This document shows positions 33,226 to 42,190 of a stretch of 64,000 nt of DNA, one piece after another (position 1 is the first letter of the stretch; each line of letters opens with the position of its first letter). The position numbers were made by a program, and so were the translations under genes. This stretch comes from a bacterium (GTDB lineage Bacteria; Gemmatimonadota; Gemmatimonadetes; Gemmatimonadales; Gemmatimonadaceae): assembly GCA_021813725.1 (NCBI GenBank), contig JAKAJN010000001.1, positions 12,990 through 76,989 on the forward strand, written 5' to 3'. The notes under the pieces are model-generated. The model was not told the DNA's origin and made no database searches. It worked only from the letters and a program-made list of their open reading frames with translations.

Positions 33226-34466
33226 TGCGATTCGCACGGCGTGCCGCCATCGTGGTGGTGGCGGTGGTCGCCGCCGTGCTGGCGCTGACGAGGATTCCTC
33301 GGCCGACGCCACTCGCGCGCTCCCCGGCCGAACGCCTGGGACTGGACCGCTGGCATGCGAGCGACACCCTCGGGCAGGGGGAGTCGCTCGTCGCGCTTCT
33401 GGCCCGCCGCGGGCTCGAGGCAGCGGATGCCGCCATGGCCGTGCAGTCACTGCACGGGCTGGTGGATGACCGCCGCATCCCCGCCGGCCTTCAGGTGAAC
33501 GTGCACGGCGACACGGCGAGCGCGCGGGCCACCGACGTGGAGCTGCTGCTCAACGACGACAAGGTCATCCGGCTGCATCGCGACGGCGAGGTCTGGACCG
33601 CGACGGAGGAGATCATCCCGTGGGTCACCGACACGCTGGTCGTGCGGGGCGCCGTGCACACCAACCTGTATGACGCGGTCGACGAGGCGGGCGGCGCCTT
33701 CCTCTCGAAGGGCGCGCGGACGCAGCTGGCGTGGGAAATCGCCGATGTCTACGAGTATCGCGTGGACATGTCGCGCGACTTGCAGGACGGCGACAGCGTG
33801 CGCGTCCTCTTTGAGCGCGCGACCAATCCGTCGAACGTGAACCGGATCGGGCGCATTCTCGCCGCGGGGTTGGAGCGTGGAGGCCAGGAGATCACGGCCG
33901 TTCGCTTTGTGCACCCGGACGGCAAGGCCGAGTACTTTGACGAGAAGGGGAAGTCGCTGCGCGCGTCGTTCCTGCGCGCCCCGCTCTCCTTCCGTCGCAT
34001 CTCCAGCGTCTTCGGGCGGCGCAAGCACCCGATCCTCGGCATTTGGCGCCAGCACGCGGGCACGGACTACTCGGCGGCGTCGGGGACGCCCGTGCGCAGC
34101 ATCGGCGACGGCGTGGTGATCTACGCCGGCCGCAAGGGCGGCTACGGCAACGTGCTCGAGATTCGCCACCGCAATGGCTTCGTGACGCGCTACGGTCATT
34201 TGCGCGGCTTCGCGAAGGGGATTCGTCGCGGCACGTCGGTGACGCAGGGACAGACGGTGGCGTACGTCGGCATGACCGGGCTGGCGACGGGCCCGCACCT
34301 GCACTTCGAGGTGCTCGTCAATGGCGTACAGCGCAACCCGAGCACAGCGCTGCGTCAGTCGGCCGCGGTGGCGCTCGGCGGCCGGGAACGGGCCGCGTTC
34401 GACTCGGTGGCGCGCGTCGCGTTGGCGGAACTGGGTCGTGCGCCGGGCGTGATGCTGGCGCCCTGA
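33225..34466 (+). CDS. M23-family peptidoglycan endopeptidase
   Basis: An N-terminal TM helix is present, with HAGTDYSAASGTPV...GPHLHFEV. The ATG overlaps the ftsZ stop. Confidence 0.85.
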   Translation: MRFARRAAIVVVAVVAAVLALTRIPRPTPLARSPAERLGLDRWHASDTLGQGESLVALLARRGLEAADAAMAVQSLHGLVDDRRIPAGLQVNVHGDTASARATDVELLLNDDKVIRLHRDGEVWTATEEIIPWVTDTLVVRGAVHTNLYDAVDEAGGAFLSKGARTQLAWEIADVYEYRVDMSRDLQDGDSVRVLFERATNPSNVNRIGRILAAGLERGGQEITAVRFVHPDGKAEYFDEKGKSLRASFLRAPLSFRRISSVFGRRKHPILGIWRQHAGTDYSAASGTPVRSIGDGVVIYAGRKGGYGNVLEIRHRNGFVTRYGHLRGFAKGIRRGTSVTQGQTVAYVGMTGLATGPHLHFEVLVNGVQRNPSTALRQSAAVALGGRERAAFDSVARVALAELGRAPGVMLAP

Positions 34467-34569
34467 GCGTGCGCGAGACGGGCGTGCGAGACGGGCGTGC
34501 GAGAGACGGGCGTGCGAGAGACGGGCGTGCGAGAGACGGGCGTGCGAGAGACGGGCGTGCGAGAGACGG
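34467..34569. repeat. Seven tandem copies of a 15-bp unit GCGTGCGAGAGACGG (the first two are variants) starting at the first nt after the M23 stop
   Basis: Read directly from the sequence. The array fills the gap between the convergent M23 peptidase and fdhD genes. Confidence 0.95.
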
Positions 34570-34577
34570 GCGCGCCC

Positions 34578-35435
34578 TTATCGGTCGGCGGGCGGTCGGT
34601 CGGCGAGCAGGCGCTCGGGATGCGTGTAGACGTCCACGGCGTCGCGCCCGACGACGGCCACGGTGATGCCGGCGCGCTCGGCGAGGCGGATCGCCAGCCC
34701 AGTCGGGCGCGAGCCCGCGGCGATGAGGGGAACACCCGCCACGGCCACCTTCTGCACCAGCTCGTAGCTCAGCCGGCTCGTGACCACCACGAAGCCACGG
34801 GACGGTTCCACGCCGCCTCGCCACAGAGCGCCAAGCAGCTTGTCGACGGCGTTGTGGCGGCCAACATCCTCGCGCACGACCACTGACCCGCCGTTGCCCG
34901 GCACCCACGCTGCCGCGTGGGCGGCGCGGGTGGCCTGATGCACCGTTTGCTGGTCGAAAAGCGCCTCACTGGCACGCTGCAGCGACGCGGCATCGGTCTG
35001 CAGCGTGGCATGCACCACGGGGATGGTGCGCACCACTTCGTCGATGGCCTCCACGCCACAGAGGCCGCATCCGGTGCGCCCGGGAAGGCCGCGCGCCCGC
35101 GCGGCAAGTCGTGCGTGCGCCGCCTCGGGCACGGCGATCCGCAATTCGACGCCGCGGCTATGCTGGGAGATCCGCACGCCCTGCACGTCGGCGGCGGTGG
35201 CCACGATCCCCTCGGAGACCGAGAAGCCGACGGCCAGATCCTCGAAATCGAGCGGCGTGCACATCATCACGGCGTGCGGTCGATTGCCGTAGACCATGGC
35301 CACCGGTACTTCCTCGGCCAGATGGCCTTCCCCCGCCGTCGCGCTGTCGCCCACGATGCGCAGGAAGGGACGCGGCGCATGCGGCCCGCCGTAGCCGAGC
35401 CCGGGGTCGGCGCCGAGCACGTAATCCGCGGTCAC
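34578..35435 (-). CDS. fdhD: Formate dehydrogenase accessory sulfurtransferase FdhD
   Basis: VAMVYGNRPHAVMMCTPLDFEDLAVGF, GCGLCG and REDVGRHNAVDKLLG are present. The GTG at 35435 overlaps the upstream stop (GTGA). Confidence 0.85.
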   Translation of the reverse strand: MTADYVLGADPGLGYGGPHAPRPFLRIVGDSATAGEGHLAEEVPVAMVYGNRPHAVMMCTPLDFEDLAVGFSVSEGIVATAADVQGVRISQHSRGVELRIAVPEAAHARLAARARGLPGRTGCGLCGVEAIDEVVRTIPVVHATLQTDAASLQRASEALFDQQTVHQATRAAHAAAWVPGNGGSVVVREDVGRHNAVDKLLGALWRGGVEPSRGFVVVTSRLSYELVQKVAVAGVPLIAAGSRPTGLAIRLAERAGITVAVVGRDAVDVYTHPERLLADRPPADR

Positions 35436-36418
35436 TCGGCGGCTCGCGCCGGGGCGGTCGAGGCGGTCGCCGCCTCCGGCTGCACGTGCTGCCAGCCGAA
35501 CCGCCCTTTGATGCATAGGTTACCTTGCGTAATACCATGCGCGAACGGCGACGTCGCCTTCACGATCACGTTGTCCTGCACGTGCAGGCTCACGGTGCAA
35601 CCGACGCCGCAGTACGGGCAGATCGTGTCGGTCACGGCCTGCTCCTCCGGCCGCCAGGCGCCGGCGGCGCGCAGGTCGAACTCGGGCACCGCCATCAGCG
35701 CCCCCGTCGGGCAGACGGCCACGCAATTGCCGCAATACACGCAGGCCGAATCCGGCAGCCCAACCGAGAGTTCGGTCGAGATGCGCGCGGCGAAACCGCG
35801 TCCGGCGAGGGCGATCGCGAACGAGTTCTGGTGATCGACGCCGCACGCCTGCACGCATCGGTAGCACAGCACGCACTTGGCGTAGTCGCGGACGAACAGT
35901 TCGTTGTCGCGCAGCACCGGCTGCGCCACGGTGGCGGCGTGCGCGGTGTCGGGCGGTTCGTGATGACCGACGCCGACCGCGGCGCGCTCGGCCGTGCTCT
36001 GCGGCTCCGCGCTCGCGCCGAAGCGCTCGGGGTGGCACCCGTACTCGACGAGCAGCTCCGCCATGCCGGGCGTCGTCGACAAGTCCACGCTCGACGCGAG
36101 GAACTCGAGCACCAGACGGCGCGCGTGCCGGACGCGCGGAGAGTTCGTGTGCACCACCATCCCGGCTTCGACTTCGCGGGAGCACGACGGCACCAGCACG
36201 CGGGCGCCCTCGACCTCCACGACGCAGAGCCGGCAGACATTCGCCGGCGTCAACGTCTCCAGAAAGCAGAGCGTCGGAATCTCGAGGCCGGCGGCGCGGC
36301 AGGCCGCAAGGAGGGTCACACCCGCTTCGGCAGTGACCGTGCGGCCGTCGATGGTCAGAGCGACCGGCGGCCGCGACGTGCGCGCCGGGCGCGTGATCGG
36401 AATGAGCGTGGCAGTCAT
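35432..36418 (-). CDS. Formate dehydrogenase Fe-S subunit. It matches the N-terminal part of fused FdsA/NuoG-type subunits, including the Mo-proximal 4Fe-4S domain.
   Basis: A 2Fe-2S domain (LTIDGRTV..CRLCVVEV), 4Fe-4S ferredoxin motifs (CVLCYRCVQAC, CVYCGNCVAVCP) and a MopB-type cluster (CPYCGVGC..26..CIKGRFGW) are present. The ATG at 36418 overlaps the upstream stop (ATGA). Confidence 0.8.
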   Translation of the reverse strand: MTATLIPITRPARTSRPPVALTIDGRTVTAEAGVTLLAACRAAGLEIPTLCFLETLTPANVCRLCVVEVEGARVLVPSCSREVEAGMVVHTNSPRVRHARRLVLEFLASSVDLSTTPGMAELLVEYGCHPERFGASAEPQSTAERAAVGVGHHEPPDTAHAATVAQPVLRDNELFVRDYAKCVLCYRCVQACGVDHQNSFAIALAGRGFAARISTELSVGLPDSACVYCGNCVAVCPTGALMAVPEFDLRAAGAWRPEEQAVTDTICPYCGVGCTVSLHVQDNVIVKATSPFAHGITQGNLCIKGRFGWQHVQPEAATASTAPARAAE

Positions 36419-38334
36419 TGGGCGGTCGTCGCAAAGAGTCCGAGCCGGCGAACCGCGGAGTCGACGGCCGCTGCCGCCGACTGTCCGAGCCCGCAGATCG
36501 ATGCGTCGCGCATCGCGCGCCCGATGTCGTCGAGCAGAGCCAGCTCCGCGGTGACACCGCCGAGCGGCGCACCGGTCGCGAGACGGTGCAGCGCCTCTTC
36601 CTGCCGCACCGTGCCGACGCGGCACGGGACGCACTGGCCGCACGACTCATCGCGGAAGAAGGCCGCAATGCGGAGGACGGCTTCACGCAGATCGTCCGGA
36701 TCGTCGAACGCCATGATCACGCCGGACCCGAGCGTGGCGTCGGCGGCGCGTGCGTGCTCGAGCGTCAGCGGCAGGTCCGTCTCGTCGGCCCTGATGAATC
36801 CGCCCGCCGCGCCACCGAGCAGGACCGCGCTCAGGCGAGGCGATACTCCCGCCTGCTGCAGCAGGGCGCGCAGCGATGTGCCGCACGGTGCCTCGTACAC
36901 GCCGGGGCGGGCGACGGCGCCGCTGAGGCAGAAGAGCCGCGTCCCGGTGGACTGCGGCGTGCCCTTGGCCGCGTAGGCGGCGCCACCTTCGAGCACGATG
37001 GGCAGAACGTTCGCGAGCGTCTCGACGTTGTTCACCACGGTGGGCTTGCCGAACAGCCCCACCTGCACCGGGAACGGGGGCTTCGTGCGTGGTTCGCCGC
37101 GCTTCCCCTCGATGGATTCAAAGAGCGCCGTCTCCTCGCCGCAGATGTAGGCACCGGCGCCACGGCGAATCTCGATGTCGAATCGCACGCCGCGTCCCAT
37201 CACGTCGTCGCCGAGCAGACCGGCGGCGCGCGCCGCCTCGACGGCGCCGTGCAGACGCTGGTGTGCCAGCGGATACTCGGCGCGCAGGTAGACGAAGCCC
37301 TTGGTGCTCCCGGTCGCGAACCCCGCAATGGTCATCGCTTCAACGACGGCGAACGGATCGCCGGCGATCAACACGCGATCCTTGAACGTCCCCGGTTCGC
37401 TCTCGTCTGCGTTGCAGACCACGTAGTGTGGCGTCGCCTCCTGCCGGCGCACCGCGTCCCATTTGCGCCCGGTCGGGAACGCGGCGCCGCCGCGTCCGAC
37501 GAGCCCCGACGCGGTCACCTCGGCAATCACGGCCTCGGCGCCGAGGTCGAGGGCGCGCGCGAGCGCGCGATAGCCGCCCGCGTCGCGATACGCGGCGAGC
37601 GACGTTGGATCCACGACCCCGACACGGCGGAGCAGGACCAGCGAGGCGTCGCCTTGCTGCGGCACGCGCGTGTCGGCCAGCGCATCGGCGCCCGGCGCAG
37701 CGCCCGTCAGGAGCGCGCGGATGACATCGTCGGTGACACCGCCGAGTTGGCGTTCCTCGGGCACCGCGCCGGCGTCGGTGACCAGAACGGCCGGCGCCTG
37801 GTCGCAGAGTCCGAGGCAGGGCGAAGGCATCCACCCTGGCGCTTGCGTCGCGCTTCCGGCGGCGTCGCCCGCCGGGTGGCCCGGCGCGTCTCCCTCTGCC
37901 GCTGTGGCGTGCGCGTGGCCAAGGTGAGCGCCGGCCACTGCCGTGGCCGCGGCGATGACATCTCGCGCGCCGCGATTGCGGCAGCCGATGTCGTCGCAGA
38001 CGTGGACGACGCGCCGTGGACGCGGCGCGGTGGCCAGCAGCGCATAGAAGGTGGCGACACCCCACGCCTCGGCGGGCGGCACGTGGAGTCGCTCGCAGAC
38101 GTAGCGCAGTCCGCCGGGGCTGATCCATCCGTGGCGCGACTGCAGCGCCTGGAGTGCCGGCACAAGCTCGGTGCGACGCTGGCGCATCGCGCGACCGCCA
38201 TGCCCGACGTGCGTGTCGTGCTGCCACTGGTCGCGCGCGCCGCCATGCCAGCGGCTGGTTGGCGCGCCGAGCACGGCATCGACCGCCTCGCGTTCGGCGT
38301 CCGTCGGGTCGGCGTCGGGAAGGCGAATATCCAT
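36415..38334 (-). CDS. Fused NuoE-like/NuoF-like NAD(H)-binding diaphorase subunit (FdsG-FdsB type)
   Basis: NuoE-type cysteines are present (CDDIGC ... CLGLC). NuoF motifs are present (GRGGAAFPTGRKW, YVVCNADESEPGTFKDR, ESCGQCVPCR). The start overlaps the upstream stop (ATGA). Confidence 0.85.
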   Translation of the reverse strand: MDIRLPDADPTDAEREAVDAVLGAPTSRWHGGARDQWQHDTHVGHGGRAMRQRRTELVPALQALQSRHGWISPGGLRYVCERLHVPPAEAWGVATFYALLATAPRPRRVVHVCDDIGCRNRGARDVIAAATAVAGAHLGHAHATAAEGDAPGHPAGDAAGSATQAPGWMPSPCLGLCDQAPAVLVTDAGAVPEERQLGGVTDDVIRALLTGAAPGADALADTRVPQQGDASLVLLRRVGVVDPTSLAAYRDAGGYRALARALDLGAEAVIAEVTASGLVGRGGAAFPTGRKWDAVRRQEATPHYVVCNADESEPGTFKDRVLIAGDPFAVVEAMTIAGFATGSTKGFVYLRAEYPLAHQRLHGAVEAARAAGLLGDDVMGRGVRFDIEIRRGAGAYICGEETALFESIEGKRGEPRTKPPFPVQVGLFGKPTVVNNVETLANVLPIVLEGGAAYAAKGTPQSTGTRLFCLSGAVARPGVYEAPCGTSLRALLQQAGVSPRLSAVLLGGAAGGFIRADETDLPLTLEHARAADATLGSGVIMAFDDPDDLREAVLRIAAFFRDESCGQCVPCRVGTVRQEEALHRLATGAPLGGVTAELALLDDIGRAMRDASICGLGQSAAAAVDSAVRRLGLFATTAQ

Positions 38335-40268
38335 CAGAGCGACTCCTTCCGGCTGCCATTCACCCGCTCCACGCGCACGGCGGCCGACTTGAAGGCGGCC
38401 GTCCCCGACCGATGGTCGTGGGCGTCGTGCGTGAGCAGGTTCGTGTTGACGACATCCGGAGAGTGGAACGTCATGAAGACGAGGCCCGCGCGCAGGCCGT
38501 GATCGACGCGGGCCGGCACGAGCACCGCGCCGCGCCGCGACGAGACGCGCATCACGTCGCCGTCGCGGACTTCGAGCCGCGCCGCGTCCTCGGGCGACAA
38601 GTCAATGGTCTCTTCGGTGTGCAGCGGCGATTGGTACGCGCCGGTCTGTACTCCCGTGTTGTACGACTCCAGGCGGCGTCCGGTGGTGAGCAGGAACGGG
38701 AAGTCGGCGTCCGGCACTTCGTACGGCATCGACGGTTGCACGACCGAGAACGGGACTCGCGGTCCGCGCAGCGGCGTCTCCCAGAGCCGCCCGTGCAGGA
38801 AGGCCTCGCCCGGGTGCGACTCGTCGGGGCAGGGCCACTGCAGTCCACCATGCGTGGCGAGGCGCTCATAGCTCATTCCGCCCGCCAGATGCGGCGCCAC
38901 CACGCGGAACTCGTTCCAGACTTGCTCCGCATTCGGCGCGCCGATGTCTACGCCGAGCCGGCTGGCAAGTTCGTTGAAGATCCACAACTCGTCGCGCGCC
39001 CCCGCCGGCGGTTCCTTCGCCTTGCGGATGCGCTGCACCCGGCGCTCGGAGTTGGTGACGGTGCCGTCCGCCTCGCACCAACTTGCGGTAGCGGGCAGGA
39101 CCACGTGGGCGAGCTTCGCCGTCGCCGTCAGAAAGATCTCCTGGACGACCAGGTGATCGAGCCGGCCGAGCGCGTCGGCCACGCGGTGACCGTCGGCGTC
39201 GCTCTGCACCGGATTCTCGCCCGCGCAGAGCAGGGCAGACATCTCACCGTCGGCCATCGCCTCGAGCATTTCGGTCAGGTTCCGGCCGTGCTTGGGCTGG
39301 ATCGGCACGCCGTAGTGGCGCTCGAAGCGGGCGCGCGTGTCGTCGTTGAGGATGTCCTGGAATCCCGGCAGGCGGTTGGGCAGCGCCCCCATATCACCGC
39401 CGCCTTGCACGTTGTTCTGGCCGCGCAACGGATTGCAGCCACACGCCCAGCGGCCCACATGCCCCGTGAGCAGGGCCAGGTTGATGAGCGCCAGCACGTT
39501 GTCCACCGAGTTGTGATGCTCGGTGATGCCCAGCGTCCACGCGATCATGGCCTTGTCGGCCGTGGCGAAGGTGTGCGCCGCCTCGCGGATCACGGCCGCC
39601 GGCACGCCGGTGAGCCGCTCACCCTCGGCGAGGGTGTACGGCTCGACCGCGGCGGCGTACGCCTCGAAGCCCGTGGTCGCGTGTTCAATGAATGTGCGGT
39701 GGGCAAGCCCCGCGTGGATGATTTCGCGCGCGAGGGTGTTGGAGAGCGCCACGTCGCTCCCCGAGTGCAGCCCCATCCAGACGTCGGCCCAGGCGGCCGA
39801 CGCGGTGCGGCGCGGGTCCATCACATAGAGCCGCGTGCCGCGATGCACGCCTTTCAGCAGGTGGTGGAACCAGATCGGATGCGCATGGCGCGCGTTGGAG
39901 CCCCACAGGAACACGACGTCCGCGTCCTCCACCTCGGCATACGAGTTGGTGGACCCGCCCGCTCCAAAGACCGTCGCCAGACCGACGACGCTAGGTGCGT
40001 GTCACGTTCGGTTGCAGCTGTCGATGTTGTTCGTGCGGAAGGCGACGCGCGCGAGCTTCTGCGCGAGGTAGTTCATCTCGTTCGTCGACTTCGAGCAGCT
40101 GAAGATGCCCACCGCGTCCGGGCCGCGCGTGTCGAGCACGCGGCGAAAGCCGTCGGCGGCCGCGTCGAGCGCTTCGTTCCACGTCGACTCGTGCAGGGTA
40201 CCGTGCCGGCGCACGAGGGGAACGGTCAGGCGGGCGTAGGCACCGCTGGAAGCGTAGGGAGAGGTCAT
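38334..40268 (-). CDS. fdhA: Selenocysteine-containing formate dehydrogenase catalytic (Mo/W-bisPGD) subunit lacking its own N-terminal Fe-S domains. It has an in-frame TGA at 40004-40002.
   Basis: Track ORFs 40002..40268 and 38334..39932 join in frame to give ..NNIDSCNRT-[TGA]-HAPSVVGLATVFGAGG... This is the conserved Sec/Cys position of FdhF/FdsA-type enzymes. A MopB core and a C-terminal molybdopterin-binding domain follow. Confidence 0.85.
39972..39990 (-). promoter_or_regulatory. SECIS-like hairpin in the mRNA: CGUCGUC-GGUCU-GGCGACG, beginning 11 nt after the UGA
   Basis: A 7-bp stem was folded by hand. The GGUCU loop and the 11-nt spacing resemble the E. coli fdhF SECIS as I recall it. 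Confidence 0.6.
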
Positions 40269-40390
40269 GGCACAGGCGGGCTGGCAGGCCCGGGCAGAGT
40301 GGGAATCCTTGGAGTCTTGCCTTGGTACCTGCTGGCGGCAAGGGCTGGCGACCGATCAACGTCGTGTCGCCCTGCTACGTTTCAGCACGC

Positions 40391-42187
40391 ATGCTTTCCT
40401 GGCTTCTTGGCCTCGTCGCCGGCACGGCTGCGGCGGCAGCGCTCTACGGTCCGCACCTCCCCACTGGCGGCTATCGCCGCGCCCTCGTTGCGCTGCGCGC
40501 GGTCGCCGTTGCGCTGATCGTCGCGCTGCTGCTCGACGCACCGCTTGGCGCGCGCGTCGCGCCGCGGCCGTTGACGGCGCTCGACGTCTCGGCCAGTTGG
40601 GGACAAGGCGGCGCCGGGCGATTCGCCGAGGCGGTCACGCGGGCACGACGCGCCGCGGGCGACGTGGTGCTCTTCGGCGATTCACTGCGCGTCGGGCCTC
40701 CGCCGTCCGTCCCCAGCGATGCGCAGACGCACGTTGGCCCGGCGGTGGACCGGGCCTCGGCGCTGGGGCGGCCGCTCCGAGTGATCACCGACGGTCAACT
40801 GGCCGATCCGGAAGCGCTCGCCTCGCTGCCGGCGGGGTCAACGGTGGAGGTGCTTCCCGCGCCGCTTGCCGTGGACGTCGCGGTGCAGTCGCTCGACCTG
40901 CCCCCCAGCGCGGCGCCCGGCGACACCATCGACCTGCGGGCGCTCGTCGTGAGCGCGGGCACTGCGGTGCCGGCCGTCACGATGGCGGCGCGGCTTGCCG
41001 ACGGCACGGTGTTGGCCACGGCGCCGCTCGGCGCGCTGGCACCGTGGAGCGAACGCGAATGGCGTGCGCGCGTGCGCGTGCCGGAGCGGCGTGGCGCGCT
41101 GGTGGTGCAGGTGGCCGCGACCGCGGCCGGCGACGCGCAGGCGCGCAACGATACGGTCACCACCGTGCTCGACCTGCGGGGCGGGCCGTCCGCGGTGTTC
41201 GTGTCGACCGCGCCGGACGAGGATGCGCGCTACGCCCTGGCCCTGATGCGCGGCGCGCTCGCTTTCGGGGTGAAGGGCTACCTGCGCGTCGCGCCGGGGC
41301 AGTGGCGCGAGGACGGGACGCTGTCGCGCGTGGACGAAGGGGCGGTGCGCGAAGCGCTCGCGCGCGCCCCCCTTGCGGTATTACACGGTGATACGTCATT
41401 GTTTGGCACCCCGCGGGCCATCGGCCGGGGCGCGCTCGCCCTCGTGCCGGCGCCCGATGCCGACGCCGGCGAGTATTTCACGGAGACGGCCGGGGCGTCG
41501 CCGCTGGCGCCAGCCCTCGCGGGCGTACCCTGGGACTCGCTCCCCCCCGTGCTCGTCGGTCCGGCACCCGTCGGCACCAATTGGACCGCGCTGGGCGCCC
41601 GTCGGGCACGGCGCTTCGACGAGCGCACCGTGGTTGCGGGCTACGACGCGCCGCGTCGCGTCGCCGTGCTGCCGGTGCGTGGACTCTGGCGGTGGCAGTT
41701 CCGCGGCGGCCGTTCCGCCGATGCGTTCGCGGCGCTCTGGGGCGGTGTATTCGACTGGCTCGCCGAAGGTGGTGTCGAGGAGCGTGCCGTGCTCGTCTCG
41801 TCGCCGTGGGTGCGGGAGGGCGATCCGATCACGTGGCGCCGCGGGGCCACGGCCGATTCGGCCGTCGTGGTGCGACTGCGTCGCGATGGCGCCCGAGGTG
41901 AAACCGTGGATACGCTTCGCTACTCAGACGCGGCGGGCGTTGCGACCTCGCCTCCGCTTCCGGCGGGCATCTGGCGGGCTTCGGTGCAGGGCGGCGACGT
42001 CGCCTTCGCGGTGAATGCGTCGTCCGAGTGGCTACCACGCCGCCCCATCGTGTCGCGCGGTGCGGTTCCCGGCGTGGGCGCCGCGGGCGCGCGCCCCAGC
42101 GTGCGCGATCAATGGTGGTGGTTCGCGCTGGCGCTCGCCCTGCTCTGCGCGGAGTGGTGGATGCGGCGTCGGATCGGCCTGCGGTAG
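40391..42187 (+). CDS. Membrane protein with an N-terminal double-TM region and a C-terminal TM helix; function unknown
   Basis: MLSWLLGLVAGTAAAAAL..ALVALRAVAVALIVALLL is at the N-terminus and WWWFALALALLCAEWW at the C-terminus. The start was chosen at the internal ATG. Confidence 0.55.
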   Translation: MLSWLLGLVAGTAAAAALYGPHLPTGGYRRALVALRAVAVALIVALLLDAPLGARVAPRPLTALDVSASWGQGGAGRFAEAVTRARRAAGDVVLFGDSLRVGPPPSVPSDAQTHVGPAVDRASALGRPLRVITDGQLADPEALASLPAGSTVEVLPAPLAVDVAVQSLDLPPSAAPGDTIDLRALVVSAGTAVPAVTMAARLADGTVLATAPLGALAPWSEREWRARVRVPERRGALVVQVAATAAGDAQARNDTVTTVLDLRGGPSAVFVSTAPDEDARYALALMRGALAFGVKGYLRVAPGQWREDGTLSRVDEGAVREALARAPLAVLHGDTSLFGTPRAIGRGALALVPAPDADAGEYFTETAGASPLAPALAGVPWDSLPPVLVGPAPVGTNWTALGARRARRFDERTVVAGYDAPRRVAVLPVRGLWRWQFRGGRSADAFAALWGGVFDWLAEGGVEERAVLVSSPWVREGDPITWRRGATADSAVVVRLRRDGARGETVDTLRYSDAAGVATSPPLPAGIWRASVQGGDVAFAVNASSEWLPRRPIVSRGAVPGVGAAGARPSVRDQWWWFALALALLCAEWWMRRRIGLR

Positions 42188-42190
42188 TCC

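Noticed and set aside
34497-34886. ORF with an (RETGV)n repeat running from the 15-bp array into the fdhD antisense strand.
   Set aside because: It is a translation artefact of the tandem array and is antisense to fdhD.
39932-40268. Reading the FDH catalytic gene as a pseudogene broken by a premature stop.
   Set aside because: The stop is a TGA at exactly the conserved Sec/Cys active-site position. The frame continues with conserved sequence, and a SECIS-like hairpin follows at the expected spacing.
40269-40390. A sigma54-type (TGGCAC-N5-TTGC) or other defined promoter in the divergent region between the FDH operon and the membrane protein gene.
   Set aside because: Only partial matches (e.g. 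TGGCAG, TGGTAC) are present, without a correctly spaced TTGC on either strand.
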